NCBI GenBank assembly: GCA_031370785.1
Contig: JANMQY010000126.1
Span: 1 to 26,490 of the forward strand
Direction: 5' to 3'
Length of the DNA stretch: 26,490 nt
From: Candidatus Eiseniibacteriota bacterium
Lineage (GTDB): Bacteria; Eisenbacteria; RBG-16-71-46
Below are positions 16,446 to 26,490 of the stretch, piece after piece; positions within the stretch are counted from its first letter, which is position 1; every line of letters begins with the position of its first letter. The translations under genes were made by a program, and so were the position numbers. Under the pieces are notes generated by a model. It searched no databases. It was not told the DNA's origin and was given only the letters and a program-made list of their open reading frames with translations.

Positions 16446-16919
16446 TCACCGGCGCTTGCGCGTCTTCGCGATCAGCTCCTCGAGCTGGAGCCGGTGCCGC
16501 ATCGGGTGCGCCACCGCGTGTTCGAACATGGCTTCCACGGTCATGGGCGCGCCCCAACGCGAGGTGTAGACGGTGACCGAGTAGAGCCCCTTTGTCGGCA
16601 TCCACGCCACGTGCTTCTCCCAGGCCTTCGCGAGCACCTTCAAGTAAGCCGCGCCCTGTGCGGCTACCTTCTCGGGTTCCGGCGGATCGGGCACCCGGGG
16701 GTCGGGACGGTCCAGCACCTCACAGAGCCACGTGAGGTAGCCCCGGCACGCGCGCAAGGGATGGCGCATCAGCAGGTCGACACTCCGGTACGCTGGGTCA
16801 CGCGTCACGGGTAGCTTCACGCCCAGACGCTTCGCCTTCCTCCACACCGCGAACAACCGGTCCATCTCGTCCATCTGCAGCAGCACGAGCGCGCGCACAC
16901 CTCGCGACCTGAACGTCAC
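16446..16919 (-). CDS. DinB/YfiT-like helical-bundle protein (157 aa)
   Basis: LMRH and MFEHAVAHPMRH histidine pattern. GTG start at 16919 is inferred. Confidence 0.7.
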   Translation of the reverse strand: MTFRSRGVRALVLLQMDEMDRLFAVWRKAKRLGVKLPVTRDPAYRSVDLLMRHPLRACRGYLTWLCEVLDRPDPRVPDPPEPEKVAAQGAAYLKVLAKAWEKHVAWMPTKGLYSVTVYTSRWGAPMTVEAMFEHAVAHPMRHRLQLEELIAKTRKRR

Positions 16920-16971
16920 GCCGACTCGTTTCGCAACTCGGTGATGGCTCCGGTTCGTGCCGCCCAATCGT

Positions 16972-17421
16972 TCACTGCCCATGCTGTCTACGGGATGGCG
17001 CCGCGTGCCTCGCCATGCCCGCCACACGGGCCACCTCGTCGTTCGTGAACACGGCGAACATGTAGGGCTGCGATTCGAGGAACTGGGCCGGGTCGCGCAG
17101 GGTGAGACCCAGCTTCGACAGCCGATACTGCTCGGGCACGCGAAGCCCATGCGCGAAGCACCACACGGCATAGGCGTGCATTGCCACGACGACGTAGAGG
17201 GCCTGGCGTCCCGACCACACTGCAACCCGCGCTACGCGATCCCCAATATCGTCCTCAAGGAAAAGGGCCCCGAACAACATGAGCCCTACCGGGACGAAGG
17301 TCACCAGGAACGCTATTTGCGAACCGAAGTGAGGCTTCAGCCGCTCGCTGACCAGGAGCGGCCCTCCGCAGAACGAGAAGAGGGCTGCGATCTTCAGGAA
17401 CGCAACGCGGAGCCCATTCAT
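16972..17421 (-). CDS. Hypothetical membrane protein, possibly chimeric (149 aa)
   Basis: TGATG coupling to the upstream gene; three hydrophobic segments followed by an abrupt soluble tail. Confidence 0.5.
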   Translation of the reverse strand: MNGLRVAFLKIAALFSFCGGPLLVSERLKPHFGSQIAFLVTFVPVGLMLFGALFLEDDIGDRVARVAVWSGRQALYVVVAMHAYAVWCFAHGLRVPEQYRLSKLGLTLRDPAQFLESQPYMFAVFTNDEVARVAGMARHAAPSRRQHGQ

Positions 17422-18398
17422 CAGTTCTGATCCACCGTGACGACGATCTTTCCGCGAGCGTGTCCCTCGGCGAGACGGCGGAACGCTTCGCATGTCTCGC
17501 TCAAACGATGACGGCTGTCGAAGACCGGCGTCACCTTCCCTGACTCGAGCAGTCGGCCCAGGGTGACCAGGTCCACTTGCTTCAGCCGCGCCACGAAAAG
17601 GACCATCCTTTGACTTGCGAATCGCGAGATCGGCAGCCCGGTCAACACGCGGCCCATCCGGCGGCCAAACCCGCGCCCGTCGGCTCCGCCGACACCCGCC
17701 GCAACGAGGATCCCTTGGGGACTCAGCACGCGTCGGCACGCTGAAAACGAATGATTTGCCACCAGGTCGAAGATCAAGTCGTAGCGCTGCACGCTCCGCG
17801 TGAAGTCCTCCCGCGTGTAGTCCACTACCGGGTCAGCTCCGATGGAACTGACCATCTCCACGTTTCTGGTGCTGCAGACGCCGGTCACGTCGGCGCCGAA
17901 CGACTTGGCGATCTGCACCGCGAACGTTCCGACGCCTCCGGCCGCGCCGTTGATCAGAACGCGTTGTCCGGGCTGGATCCGCCCTGCGCGCAGGCCCTGC
18001 AAGGCCGTGAGCCCTGCGAGGGGAATGGCGGCCGCCTCCTCGAACGAAACGTTCGCGGGCTTCGCGGCCAGCCACGATTCTGAGGCACACGCATACTCGG
18101 CCAGGGACCCGCGGCACAGCCCGAAGACGTCGTCGCCGGGTTTGAACTGGGTCACGCTCCGGCCCACGGACTCGATTCGTCCGGCCACGTCGCGACCGGG
18201 TCGGGTCCTGGGCCTGCGCAGGCCAAGGAACATTCGAGTGAATAGAGGCCGGCCCCGCATGAGACCCCAGTCGTAAGCATTCAACGAAGCCGCTCGAACC
18301 TGGATCAGGACCTCGCTGTCCCCCGGAGTCAGCTTCTCGACGTCCTCTAACCGAAGAGCCTCCGGCGCGCCATAACGGCGACAGACGATGACTTTCAT
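17421..18398 (-). CDS. NAD(P)-dependent MDR-family (alcohol dehydrogenase/quinone oxidoreductase-like) protein (325 aa)
   Basis: VRAASLN, PGRDVAG, GLTALQGL, INGAAGGVGTFAVQIAK, GHARGKIVV. Confidence 0.93.
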   Translation of the reverse strand: MKVIVCRRYGAPEALRLEDVEKLTPGDSEVLIQVRAASLNAYDWGLMRGRPLFTRMFLGLRRPRTRPGRDVAGRIESVGRSVTQFKPGDDVFGLCRGSLAEYACASESWLAAKPANVSFEEAAAIPLAGLTALQGLRAGRIQPGQRVLINGAAGGVGTFAVQIAKSFGADVTGVCSTRNVEMVSSIGADPVVDYTREDFTRSVQRYDLIFDLVANHSFSACRRVLSPQGILVAAGVGGADGRGFGRRMGRVLTGLPISRFASQRMVLFVARLKQVDLVTLGRLLESGKVTPVFDSRHRLSETCEAFRRLAEGHARGKIVVTVDQN

Positions 18399-18486
18399 GA
18401 AGCGGGAATCTACCGCAAGTGCCAGACCGCTCGTAGCGGGGACGCGCGGCAGCACACCCCATTGAAGTGGAACAGGCCTCCCGACG

Positions 18487-19092
18487 TCAGTGAGTACTCG
18501 CCGACGATCGACTCGCGGGAGGCCATTCGTGCCGCCAGCGGGTGATCGAGCCACCCACCACGCCGCCGAGCAGCGCACCGGTGGGTGGAACGGCGATGGC
18601 AATGACGATGGCGGCAGCCCCCGGCTCGTAGGGGAGCGAGTCGGACCAAAGCGCGGTGGCGAGGGCTCCGAGGGCCAGCCCCCCGACAATGCCGTGCCAC
18701 AGGTAGGAGTGCTTGGTTTCCAAACGATCGATGGTGGTCCACGGGACGAGGGAGCCAGAGGTCCTCGAGTCGGCGGCGTGGTCCGGTGTGACGAGTGCGC
18801 CGCCCGGGCGCTGATCCCTTCGCGGAGCGTCGAGAAAAGTGATCCCGAGCGAGTCGACACGGACACGACGGATGTCGAGGCGCGTGTCACCGACCCAGAC
18901 GCGCGCCGCGCGGTGACGCGTGTGGGATTGCAGCATGGCGATCCCCGCTGGCGTCGGGCGACCGTCGTTGGTCATCTCATCGAGCGGTGATGTGCGAGTG
19001 CCCGATGGAGAGAAGATGTTCGCCCGTGCGGGTGCGAGAGGCGCTAGCAGAATCGAGAGAAGCAAGGACGACAGCAACAGACGGAGTTTCAT
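18487..19092 (-). CDS. Hypothetical exported protein with C-terminal glycine-rich TM hairpin (201 aa)
   Basis: Signal peptide MKLRLLLSSLLLSILLAPLAPARA; GIVGGLALG and GALLGGVVGG segments. Confidence 0.75.
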   Translation of the reverse strand: MKLRLLLSSLLLSILLAPLAPARANIFSPSGTRTSPLDEMTNDGRPTPAGIAMLQSHTRHRAARVWVGDTRLDIRRVRVDSLGITFLDAPRRDQRPGGALVTPDHAADSRTSGSLVPWTTIDRLETKHSYLWHGIVGGLALGALATALWSDSLPYEPGAAAIVIAIAVPPTGALLGGVVGGSITRWRHEWPPASRSSASTH

Positions 19093-19101
19093 CGGATGCC
19101 C

Positions 19102-19746
19102 TTACTTCCCGAACCACTCGAAGCGATATGCCATCTCCGGACCACGATCACCGTCGTAGGCGAGTCGTGCGATCAGAATCGTGAATGGTTCAGTGTACCG
19201 GGCGATCCGTAGCGGGCCGACGTCCAGAGGATCGAACCCAACGTCGCGGATCAACTCGGCAGCGACACTCTTCGCGCGTCGATCGTCTCCGCAGTAGACC
19301 AGCGACGGTCGCTTCGCCTTACGCCTGGCCTTGAACACCTCGAACAGCACTTCGCTGGGCACAGTGCCGAACGCGGAGACGACCCGACTCCGCGGCACCT
19401 TCTTGGCAAGCGCCTCCGCACCCGACGACGCGTTGGCGATGACGAGCTTCGAGTCGTTCACACTCATTGGCAGCGAGCAGGTGATGAGGATCTTTTTCGA
19501 CAGGTTCCCCGCCTGTTTCAGCACGTCGTTTACGCGGGACCAGTGCACGGCCAGTAGCAGCACGTCGGATTCCCGTGCAGCGTCAGCCGGTGTGCCTGCG
19601 CGGGCGTTCGCCTTCGCTTCACGCGCGAGCCGCTTCAGCTTCCGCTCGCTGCGCGCGTAGCTGAAGATCACCTCATGCCCGGCTCGCGCGAAGATTGTGC
19701 CGAGCTTCCCTCCCATCAACCCCGAGCCCAGGATGCCGATTCGCAT
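19102..19746 (-). CDS. NADPH-dependent F420 reductase-like / NADP oxidoreductase (214 aa)
   Basis: MRIGILGSGLMGG Rossmann motif, SGAEALA, VVSAF, CGDD..AK, GFDPLDVGPL. Confidence 0.9.
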   Translation of the reverse strand: MRIGILGSGLMGGKLGTIFARAGHEVIFSYARSERKLKRLAREAKANARAGTPADAARESDVLLLAVHWSRVNDVLKQAGNLSKKILITCSLPMSVNDSKLVIANASSGAEALAKKVPRSRVVSAFGTVPSEVLFEVFKARRKAKRPSLVYCGDDRRAKSVAAELIRDVGFDPLDVGPLRIARYTEPFTILIARLAYDGDRGPEMAYRFEWFGK

Positions 19747-19749
19747 GGC

Positions 19750-20610
19750 CTACCTTGCGGTTCCGGCGGGCGCGGCATGGTCGAGAGCGAGCGAGGTGGA
19801 CATGCGATTGGCGTCGATCTGTTCCTTCAGAGCGGCCAGCTTCTGCTCGGCGGCGGCGATGGCATCGGCGCCGGCGATGAAGCGGACCGGTGGGGGTTCC
19901 TGGCTGGCAATCGTGATGAGCGCCTTTGCAAGCTTGGCGGGGTCGCCGGACTGCTGCCCGTTCTGCGACTGCCAGAACTTGAGCTGCTCCGCCGTGCGGC
20001 TTGCATAGTCCTCGATGGACAGCTCGGCGTAGGCCGTAGATTCCTTCGTGAGGAGTTCGGTGAGGAAGAACCCCGGGTTGACTATGGTCGTGTGGATGCC
20101 GAACGGCGCGATCTCGGGGCGCAGCGATTCCATCCAGCCCTCGATGCCGAACTTCGACGCCGCGTACGCGGAACAGAACTCGAAGCCGAGGAGGCCCGCG
20201 GTCGACGAGATTGAGATGATGTGGCCCGAGCGCTGCTTGCGCATGACGGGGAGGACTGCGCGAGTGACGTTCATGGGGCCGAGGAGGGTCGTCGCCAGCT
20301 GGCGCTCGATCTGCTCCGGAGTCAGCTCCTCAAAGTAGCCGGCTTTGAAGTTGCCAGCATTGTTGACGAGCACGTCGATTCGGCCGAACCGGTCGAAAGC
20401 GGTCTGAACGGCCGCCTCAGCATCGGCGCGGCTCGTGACGTCCAGTTTGACGACCAGCAGGTCGTCCGACACACCCACGGCCTTCGCGACGGCGTTCGTG
20501 TCCCGGCCCGTCGCTACGACCGCGTAGCGGGCGGCGAGAGCGGCCTTGGTGATATCGACTCCCATGCCGCGGCCTGCTCCGGTAATGAACCAGATCTTCT
20601 TGCTAGTCAT
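19750..20610 (-). CDS. SDR family oxidoreductase (286 aa)
   Basis: TGAGRGMG, NNAG, YAASK; RBS AGGAGG. Confidence 0.95.
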   Translation of the reverse strand: MTSKKIWFITGAGRGMGVDITKAALAARYAVVATGRDTNAVAKAVGVSDDLLVVKLDVTSRADAEAAVQTAFDRFGRIDVLVNNAGNFKAGYFEELTPEQIERQLATTLLGPMNVTRAVLPVMRKQRSGHIISISSTAGLLGFEFCSAYAASKFGIEGWMESLRPEIAPFGIHTTIVNPGFFLTELLTKESTAYAELSIEDYASRTAEQLKFWQSQNGQQSGDPAKLAKALITIASQEPPPVRFIAGADAIAAAEQKLAALKEQIDANRMSTSLALDHAAPAGTAR

Positions 20611-20652
20611 GGCTTGCCTCCTGCCGTACCGATTCGCATGGCCGCTCCTCGT

Positions 20653-20796
20653 TCACTTCGCGCTGTATTGCTCGTCGCTGACCCTTTCCATCCAGTCGAC
20701 CGCCTTCCCGTCGAGCTGTTCCTGAACGGCGATGTGCGTCATCGCGGTCGTCGGGGCGGCGCCGTGCCAGTGCCGGGTGCGAGTGCCATGCTCCAT
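20653..20796 (-). pseudogene. Cupin gene collapsed by internal deletions (47-aa ORF)
   Basis: RBS GAGGAG and ATG; motif 1 AWHSHP survives out of frame; then [36 protein letters not shown]. Confidence 0.8.
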
Positions 20797-20826
20797 GCGC
20801 TCCTCACTCACCTGAGCGTCGGCGCA

Positions 20827-22694
<1,868 letters not shown>

Positions 22695-22812
22695 GGGCAA
22701 TTTCTCCGTGGCGGGACGTAACGCTGGCGCAATCTCAACCGGCTGGTTCAGGGACCGCATGAGGCTAGCACGCGTGGTACGGCCCGATCCACGCATGGGC
22801 GCCCTTCGCGCG

Positions 22813-24480
22813 TCATCGCGGAATGCCCGGTGGCTCGCCGAGTCCCACCGAGATGTGCTCGCCCCACCACGCCTCCGCGCGCTCCTCGCTCCATGAGTCC
22901 TCGAGAGGGACCGATCTCAGCAGGCGCGCGAGATCCCGGGCACTGGGCGGCCTGCGTTCCGGCGACTTCTCCAGGCAGCGCAGGATCAGAGCGTCGAGTT
23001 CCCGCGGCATCTCTCCGGGAGAATGACGCGACGGTGGGTCTGGCTCCACGTTCACATGCTTCGAAACGACCTCGAGAACGCTGGAACCTTCGAACACCTG
23101 CCGCCCGGTCAAGAGCCAGTATGCAACGCAGCCAAGTCCGTAAAGATCGCTTCGGCCGTCCAGCTCCCGACCCAGAGCAACCTCGGGGGCCATGTACGCC
23201 GGCGTGCCGATCACATGCTCCGGTAGAGTGAGGCGCAGGTCCGACGTCGCCCCCGGCCGCCGATCCGCGACCAGCCCGAAGTCCAGCACCTTGATGAAGT
23301 CGCGCCGAACGCCGGAGCGGCAGACATAGATGTTCGCAGGCTTCACGTCGCGGTGGATCAGTCCATTCTCGTGTGCCTCCCCGAGCGATTCGCACACCTG
23401 TGACAGAAGGTGTACCACGCGAGAGGGAGGCAACGGTCCAAACCGGCGGACGAGCAAATCGAGGTCGAGCCCATCCAGCAGCTCCATGATGTAGTAGAAG
23501 GTCCCGTCTTCCGAGACACCGAAGTCGTAGAGATCGATGGTATGCGCGGAGGTCAGCGACGCGGTCGATTGGGCCTCGAGTTCGAAGCGCTGAAGCATCC
23601 TTTTCGTTTCGGCGGCGCCCAACCCCACAATCGATGATGGCCGGATGAACTTGATGGCCGCCTCGCGCGCGAGGAGCTGGTGTGACGCCCTCCAGACTTC
23701 CCCCATGCCGCCCTGACCGAGGCGTTCGATCAGCCGGTAGCTCCCCAGCTCGCGCGCACGAGACACGTCCGCACCCAGCGTGACCATGATGCGAGTGCCC
23801 CCGTACGCGAGACCGACGACGATGAGGTAGGGAAAGACATAGTGGAGGAAGAACATTCCGGGCGTGAAGACGTGCAGCCCCGCGTGTTGCATGGAGTACC
23901 CGATGACCACGGCCGGTGCGAATGCCGAGGCGAGGAGCGCGAGAAGCGCCCTCCCGAGTGGCGCGGGCACCACGATCGAGTAGACGATCATCCAGATCGC
24001 AACCCAGGACGGCCCGAGCATGAAGAAGACGATCGGCGTGCTCGCGAACTGTTCCGCCCCGGTGTACATCGCGAGCGCGATGCCGTAGCTCCCCAGGACT
24101 TCGAACACGAGTCCAAGGTGTAACTTGGCGCGCCACGATATGCGCGGACTGGAGGCGAGCGCCGCGACCACGATGCCGATCAGAATCGACGCCGCGGTCG
24201 GAATCCAGTGGGACGGGATCCGAAAGTTCTCGGAGAGCCCTCCCATCAGGGCGGAGGACCCGAAATCCGCAAGGAAGAACGCCGACGAGTACAGGAGCGC
24301 GATGGCCCGCAGGCGCCGGGGGAGCTGATCCTGAAGGTGTGGCGGCAGAGTCCACGCGGCGCGGGATTCCGGCTTCTGCGCGCCATGTCCGTGCGGAAGG
24401 AATAGCGTCTCGCCCGGGGAGGCCGCGGGTTTCCCCACGCCGCGCTTGGGTCCGAGGGGCTGCGGGTCTTCCGGCTTCAC
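22813..24480 (-). CDS. Membrane-anchored Ser/Thr kinase, multi-TM N-terminus and C-terminal kinase (555 aa)
   Basis: LGQGGMGEV, AAIK, HRDVKPAN, DFG, GTPAYMAPE. The GTG start overlaps the upstream TGA (GTGA). Confidence 0.92.
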   Translation of the reverse strand: MKPEDPQPLGPKRGVGKPAASPGETLFLPHGHGAQKPESRAAWTLPPHLQDQLPRRLRAIALLYSSAFFLADFGSSALMGGLSENFRIPSHWIPTAASILIGIVVAALASSPRISWRAKLHLGLVFEVLGSYGIALAMYTGAEQFASTPIVFFMLGPSWVAIWMIVYSIVVPAPLGRALLALLASAFAPAVVIGYSMQHAGLHVFTPGMFFLHYVFPYLIVVGLAYGGTRIMVTLGADVSRARELGSYRLIERLGQGGMGEVWRASHQLLAREAAIKFIRPSSIVGLGAAETKRMLQRFELEAQSTASLTSAHTIDLYDFGVSEDGTFYYIMELLDGLDLDLLVRRFGPLPPSRVVHLLSQVCESLGEAHENGLIHRDVKPANIYVCRSGVRRDFIKVLDFGLVADRRPGATSDLRLTLPEHVIGTPAYMAPEVALGRELDGRSDLYGLGCVAYWLLTGRQVFEGSSVLEVVSKHVNVEPDPPSRHSPGEMPRELDALILRCLEKSPERRPPSARDLARLLRSVPLEDSWSEERAEAWWGEHISVGLGEPPGIPR

Positions 24481-24635
24481 GCGAGTTTGGATCCGGGAGT
24501 CGCGTCCAGGAATTCGACCACTGCCTTGTGAACCTCATCGGGGCATTCGAGGTACGAGAAGTGCCCACATTCACTCAAGGTGACGAGCCTGACGCCGGGA
24601 AAGACCGAAGAGTGCATGTCAGCGGTCGGCGCCAT
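24477..24635 (-). pseudogene. Alpha/beta hydrolase C-terminal remnant with a short N-terminal stub (52-aa ORF)
   Basis: MAPTADMHSSVF-PGVRLVTLSECGHFSYLECPDEVHKAVVEFL; catalytic-His motif GH....E.P. Confidence 0.7.
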
Positions 24636-24822
24636 CGGCCAAATGTACCCTACAGAGGCGTCCGAAGGCAGCGGTGTGCCTTCACGGCACCACCGGCTGA
24701 CCCGCTGAGCGGCTGCGGATGGTTGCTCCTTCGCACCCCAGATCGGGGCATTGCCCCCCGTGGTCGGCTAGACTGCATCCGCCCTGACGCTCACCAAACC
24801 CCGCCCTCCGGAGATTCGCGAC

Positions 24823-25647
24823 GTGACCGACCTGAATCCCCAGCACAAGCAGATGGCCGACGAGTCCATGGTGCGTAACCTCGACGCGCAGGCGCGCGCG
24901 ATCTGGCCGCAGGAGACCCCTCTTCTCCAGCGCTACGGGCTGGCGCCGGATATCCGCGTCCTCGACGCGGGATGCGGCACCGGTGAAGGCGCTTCGCGTC
25001 TGGCCGAACTGTTTCCGCAGGCCCAGGTGCTGGCGGTGGACATCCTCGACCATCACCTGGAGCTCGCGCGTCGACGTTACGCGCGGCTCGCCCCGCGGCT
25101 TACGTTCGAGCACCAGAGCATCTACGAGCTGGCCGCGAAAGACGGGACGTTCGACCTCACCGTGTGCCGTCACGTCCTTCACTCGATTCCGTTCCCAGAG
25201 CGCGTGCTGGCCGAGCTGGCGCGCGTGACGCGACCCGGGGGACGGCTTCATCTCATCCCGGAGGACTACGGGATGCTTCACTTCGAGACCGGCGGTGCCC
25301 ACGACCCGCGCGAATTCTGGCACGAGACGGCGGGTCGCTTCGCCCTGGCCACCAACACGGATCTCTTCATTGGTCGAAACGCCTGCCGACATCTCGCTGC
25401 GCTGGGGCTCGAGGACATCACGGTGGACTACATCATCGTCGACACGCTGCGGGTGCCGCGCGAGACGTTTGCGTCGATTCTGGAAGCGTGGCGCGACGGA
25501 TACGTCGAGTCGATCTCCGAGCTGACGCGATTCACCACCGCCGAGGCCAGAGGCAGCTTCGATCAGATGATCGCGAACATCCGGGACCCGAAGCGCTACG
25601 CGGCGTGGATGGTGCCGGTGGTCGCCGCGAGAATTCCCCGGCGCTGA
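24823..25647 (+). CDS. Class I SAM-dependent methyltransferase (274 aa)
   Basis: VLDAGCGTG, FDLTVCRHVLH, RVTRPGG. Confidence 0.92.
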   Translation: MTDLNPQHKQMADESMVRNLDAQARAIWPQETPLLQRYGLAPDIRVLDAGCGTGEGASRLAELFPQAQVLAVDILDHHLELARRRYARLAPRLTFEHQSIYELAAKDGTFDLTVCRHVLHSIPFPERVLAELARVTRPGGRLHLIPEDYGMLHFETGGAHDPREFWHETAGRFALATNTDLFIGRNACRHLAALGLEDITVDYIIVDTLRVPRETFASILEAWRDGYVESISELTRFTTAEARGSFDQMIANIRDPKRYAAWMVPVVAARIPRR

Positions 25648-25690
25648 CGCGCGCAAGACCAACTCGCCGACTCAGAGAGGACCATCGACA

Positions 25691-26490
25691 ATGAGAACGC
25701 AACGGAACCGACGCCATCGCTGGACACGGCCGGCCGCATTCACCCTGCTGGCAGTGATGCTGATCGCCGGCTGCGCTAAAGACAGGCGGAGCGCGGGCGA
25801 TACCCAGCCCACGCAGACGCCTGCGCCGCTCGCGCCGGATGGCCTGCGAGCGCTGTCGATCTATTGGGGCGACGCAAAGGCTGAACGTGTCGTGCCGGTC
25901 ACCCGGTACCTCGATCCCGATTCCGGTCTGGCGCGTGGCGCAATGCTGGCGCTGCTGGCGGGACCGGACGCTGAGGACCGTGCTCGTGGCCTCGCCAGTG
26001 CGGTTCCGGCGGGAAGCCGTCTGCTCGGCATCACGGTGCGCGATTCGATCGCGACCGTCGATCTCTCACGCGATTTCGAGTCCGGTGGCGGCTCGACGGC
26101 CGTGCGCATGCGCCTCGCACAGCTCGTGTACACGCTCACCCGGGTGCGCGGTGTGCGCAGTGTCCGGCTGTGGCTCGAAGGGCAGCCCGTGACGACGTTC
26201 TCGGGCGAAGGCCTCGAGGTCTCGATGGCGCTCACGCGAAACGATTTTCCGGACTTCGCTCCGTTCGACGAGGATCCGCCAGTGGTCCTGCTCGAGCCGG
26301 TGCCCGGCAGCAGTGTTGGAGAGCCGGTGCTGGTGCGCGGCACGGCGAACGTATTCGAGGCCCAGGTCGGGCTGCGCGTGCGCGACGCCGGCGGCAGAGT
26401 CATCGTTCAGACGTGGACCACCGCCACCTGCGGAACCGGCTGCAGGGGCACGTTCGAAAAGTCCGTGACGCTGCCGGATTCCGTGCGCGG
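25691..26490 (+). CDS. GerMN-domain lipoprotein with Gmad2 Ig-like domain; runs off the window end
   Basis: RBS AGAGG; lipobox IAGC; LLAGP, ATVDLS..F..GGGS, AQLVYTLT; GTANVFEA. Not in the ORF track. Confidence 0.88.
   Translation, partial: MRTQRNRRHRWTRPAAFTLLAVMLIAGCAKDRRSAGDTQPTQTPAPLAPDGLRALSIYWGDAKAERVVPVTRYLDPDSGLARGAMLALLAGPDAEDRARGLASAVPAGSRLLGITVRDSIATVDLSRDFESGGGSTAVRMRLAQLVYTLTRVRGVRSVRLWLEGQPVTTFSGEGLEVSMALTRNDFPDFAPFDEDPPVVLLEPVPGSSVGEPVLVRGTANVFEAQVGLRVRDAGGRVIVQTWTTATCGTGCRGTFEKSVTLPDSVR

Noticed and set aside
10618..18396. GATGACTTTC at 10618, 11749 and 18387
   Set aside because: Two copies lie in coding or formerly coding sequence, and they show no consistent position relative to genes.

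Overview
GC-rich bacterial accessory region lying upstream of a minus-strand tRNA-Arg(CCU) gene (171-247). The left ~10.6 kb is a tandem array. Two exact copies of the tRNA 5' half (4338-4374, 7666-7702) both break immediately after the anticodon, and each has its own sigma70-like promoter. A 19-bp leader remnant lies at 10579-10597. These repeats separate three large co-oriented signalling genes: a PAS/GAF hybrid histidine kinase and two Ser/Thr kinases. Arm-type direct repeats and degraded integrase-like and IS91-like remnants sit beside the junctions. The rest is a high-turnover patchwork of intact genes: NHL-repeat protein, ester cyclase, VOC protein, class A beta-lactamase, DinB-like protein, several oxidoreductases, two methyltransferases, a membrane Ser/Thr kinase and a GerMN lipoprotein. 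These are interleaved with about a dozen gene stubs and internally deleted pseudogenes. The C-terminal 'TWGRLKSLYR' tail and a FlgD-Ig-type tail suggest an Eisenbacteria/Latescibacteria-like host (inference only). All calls were made by eye, without database searches.
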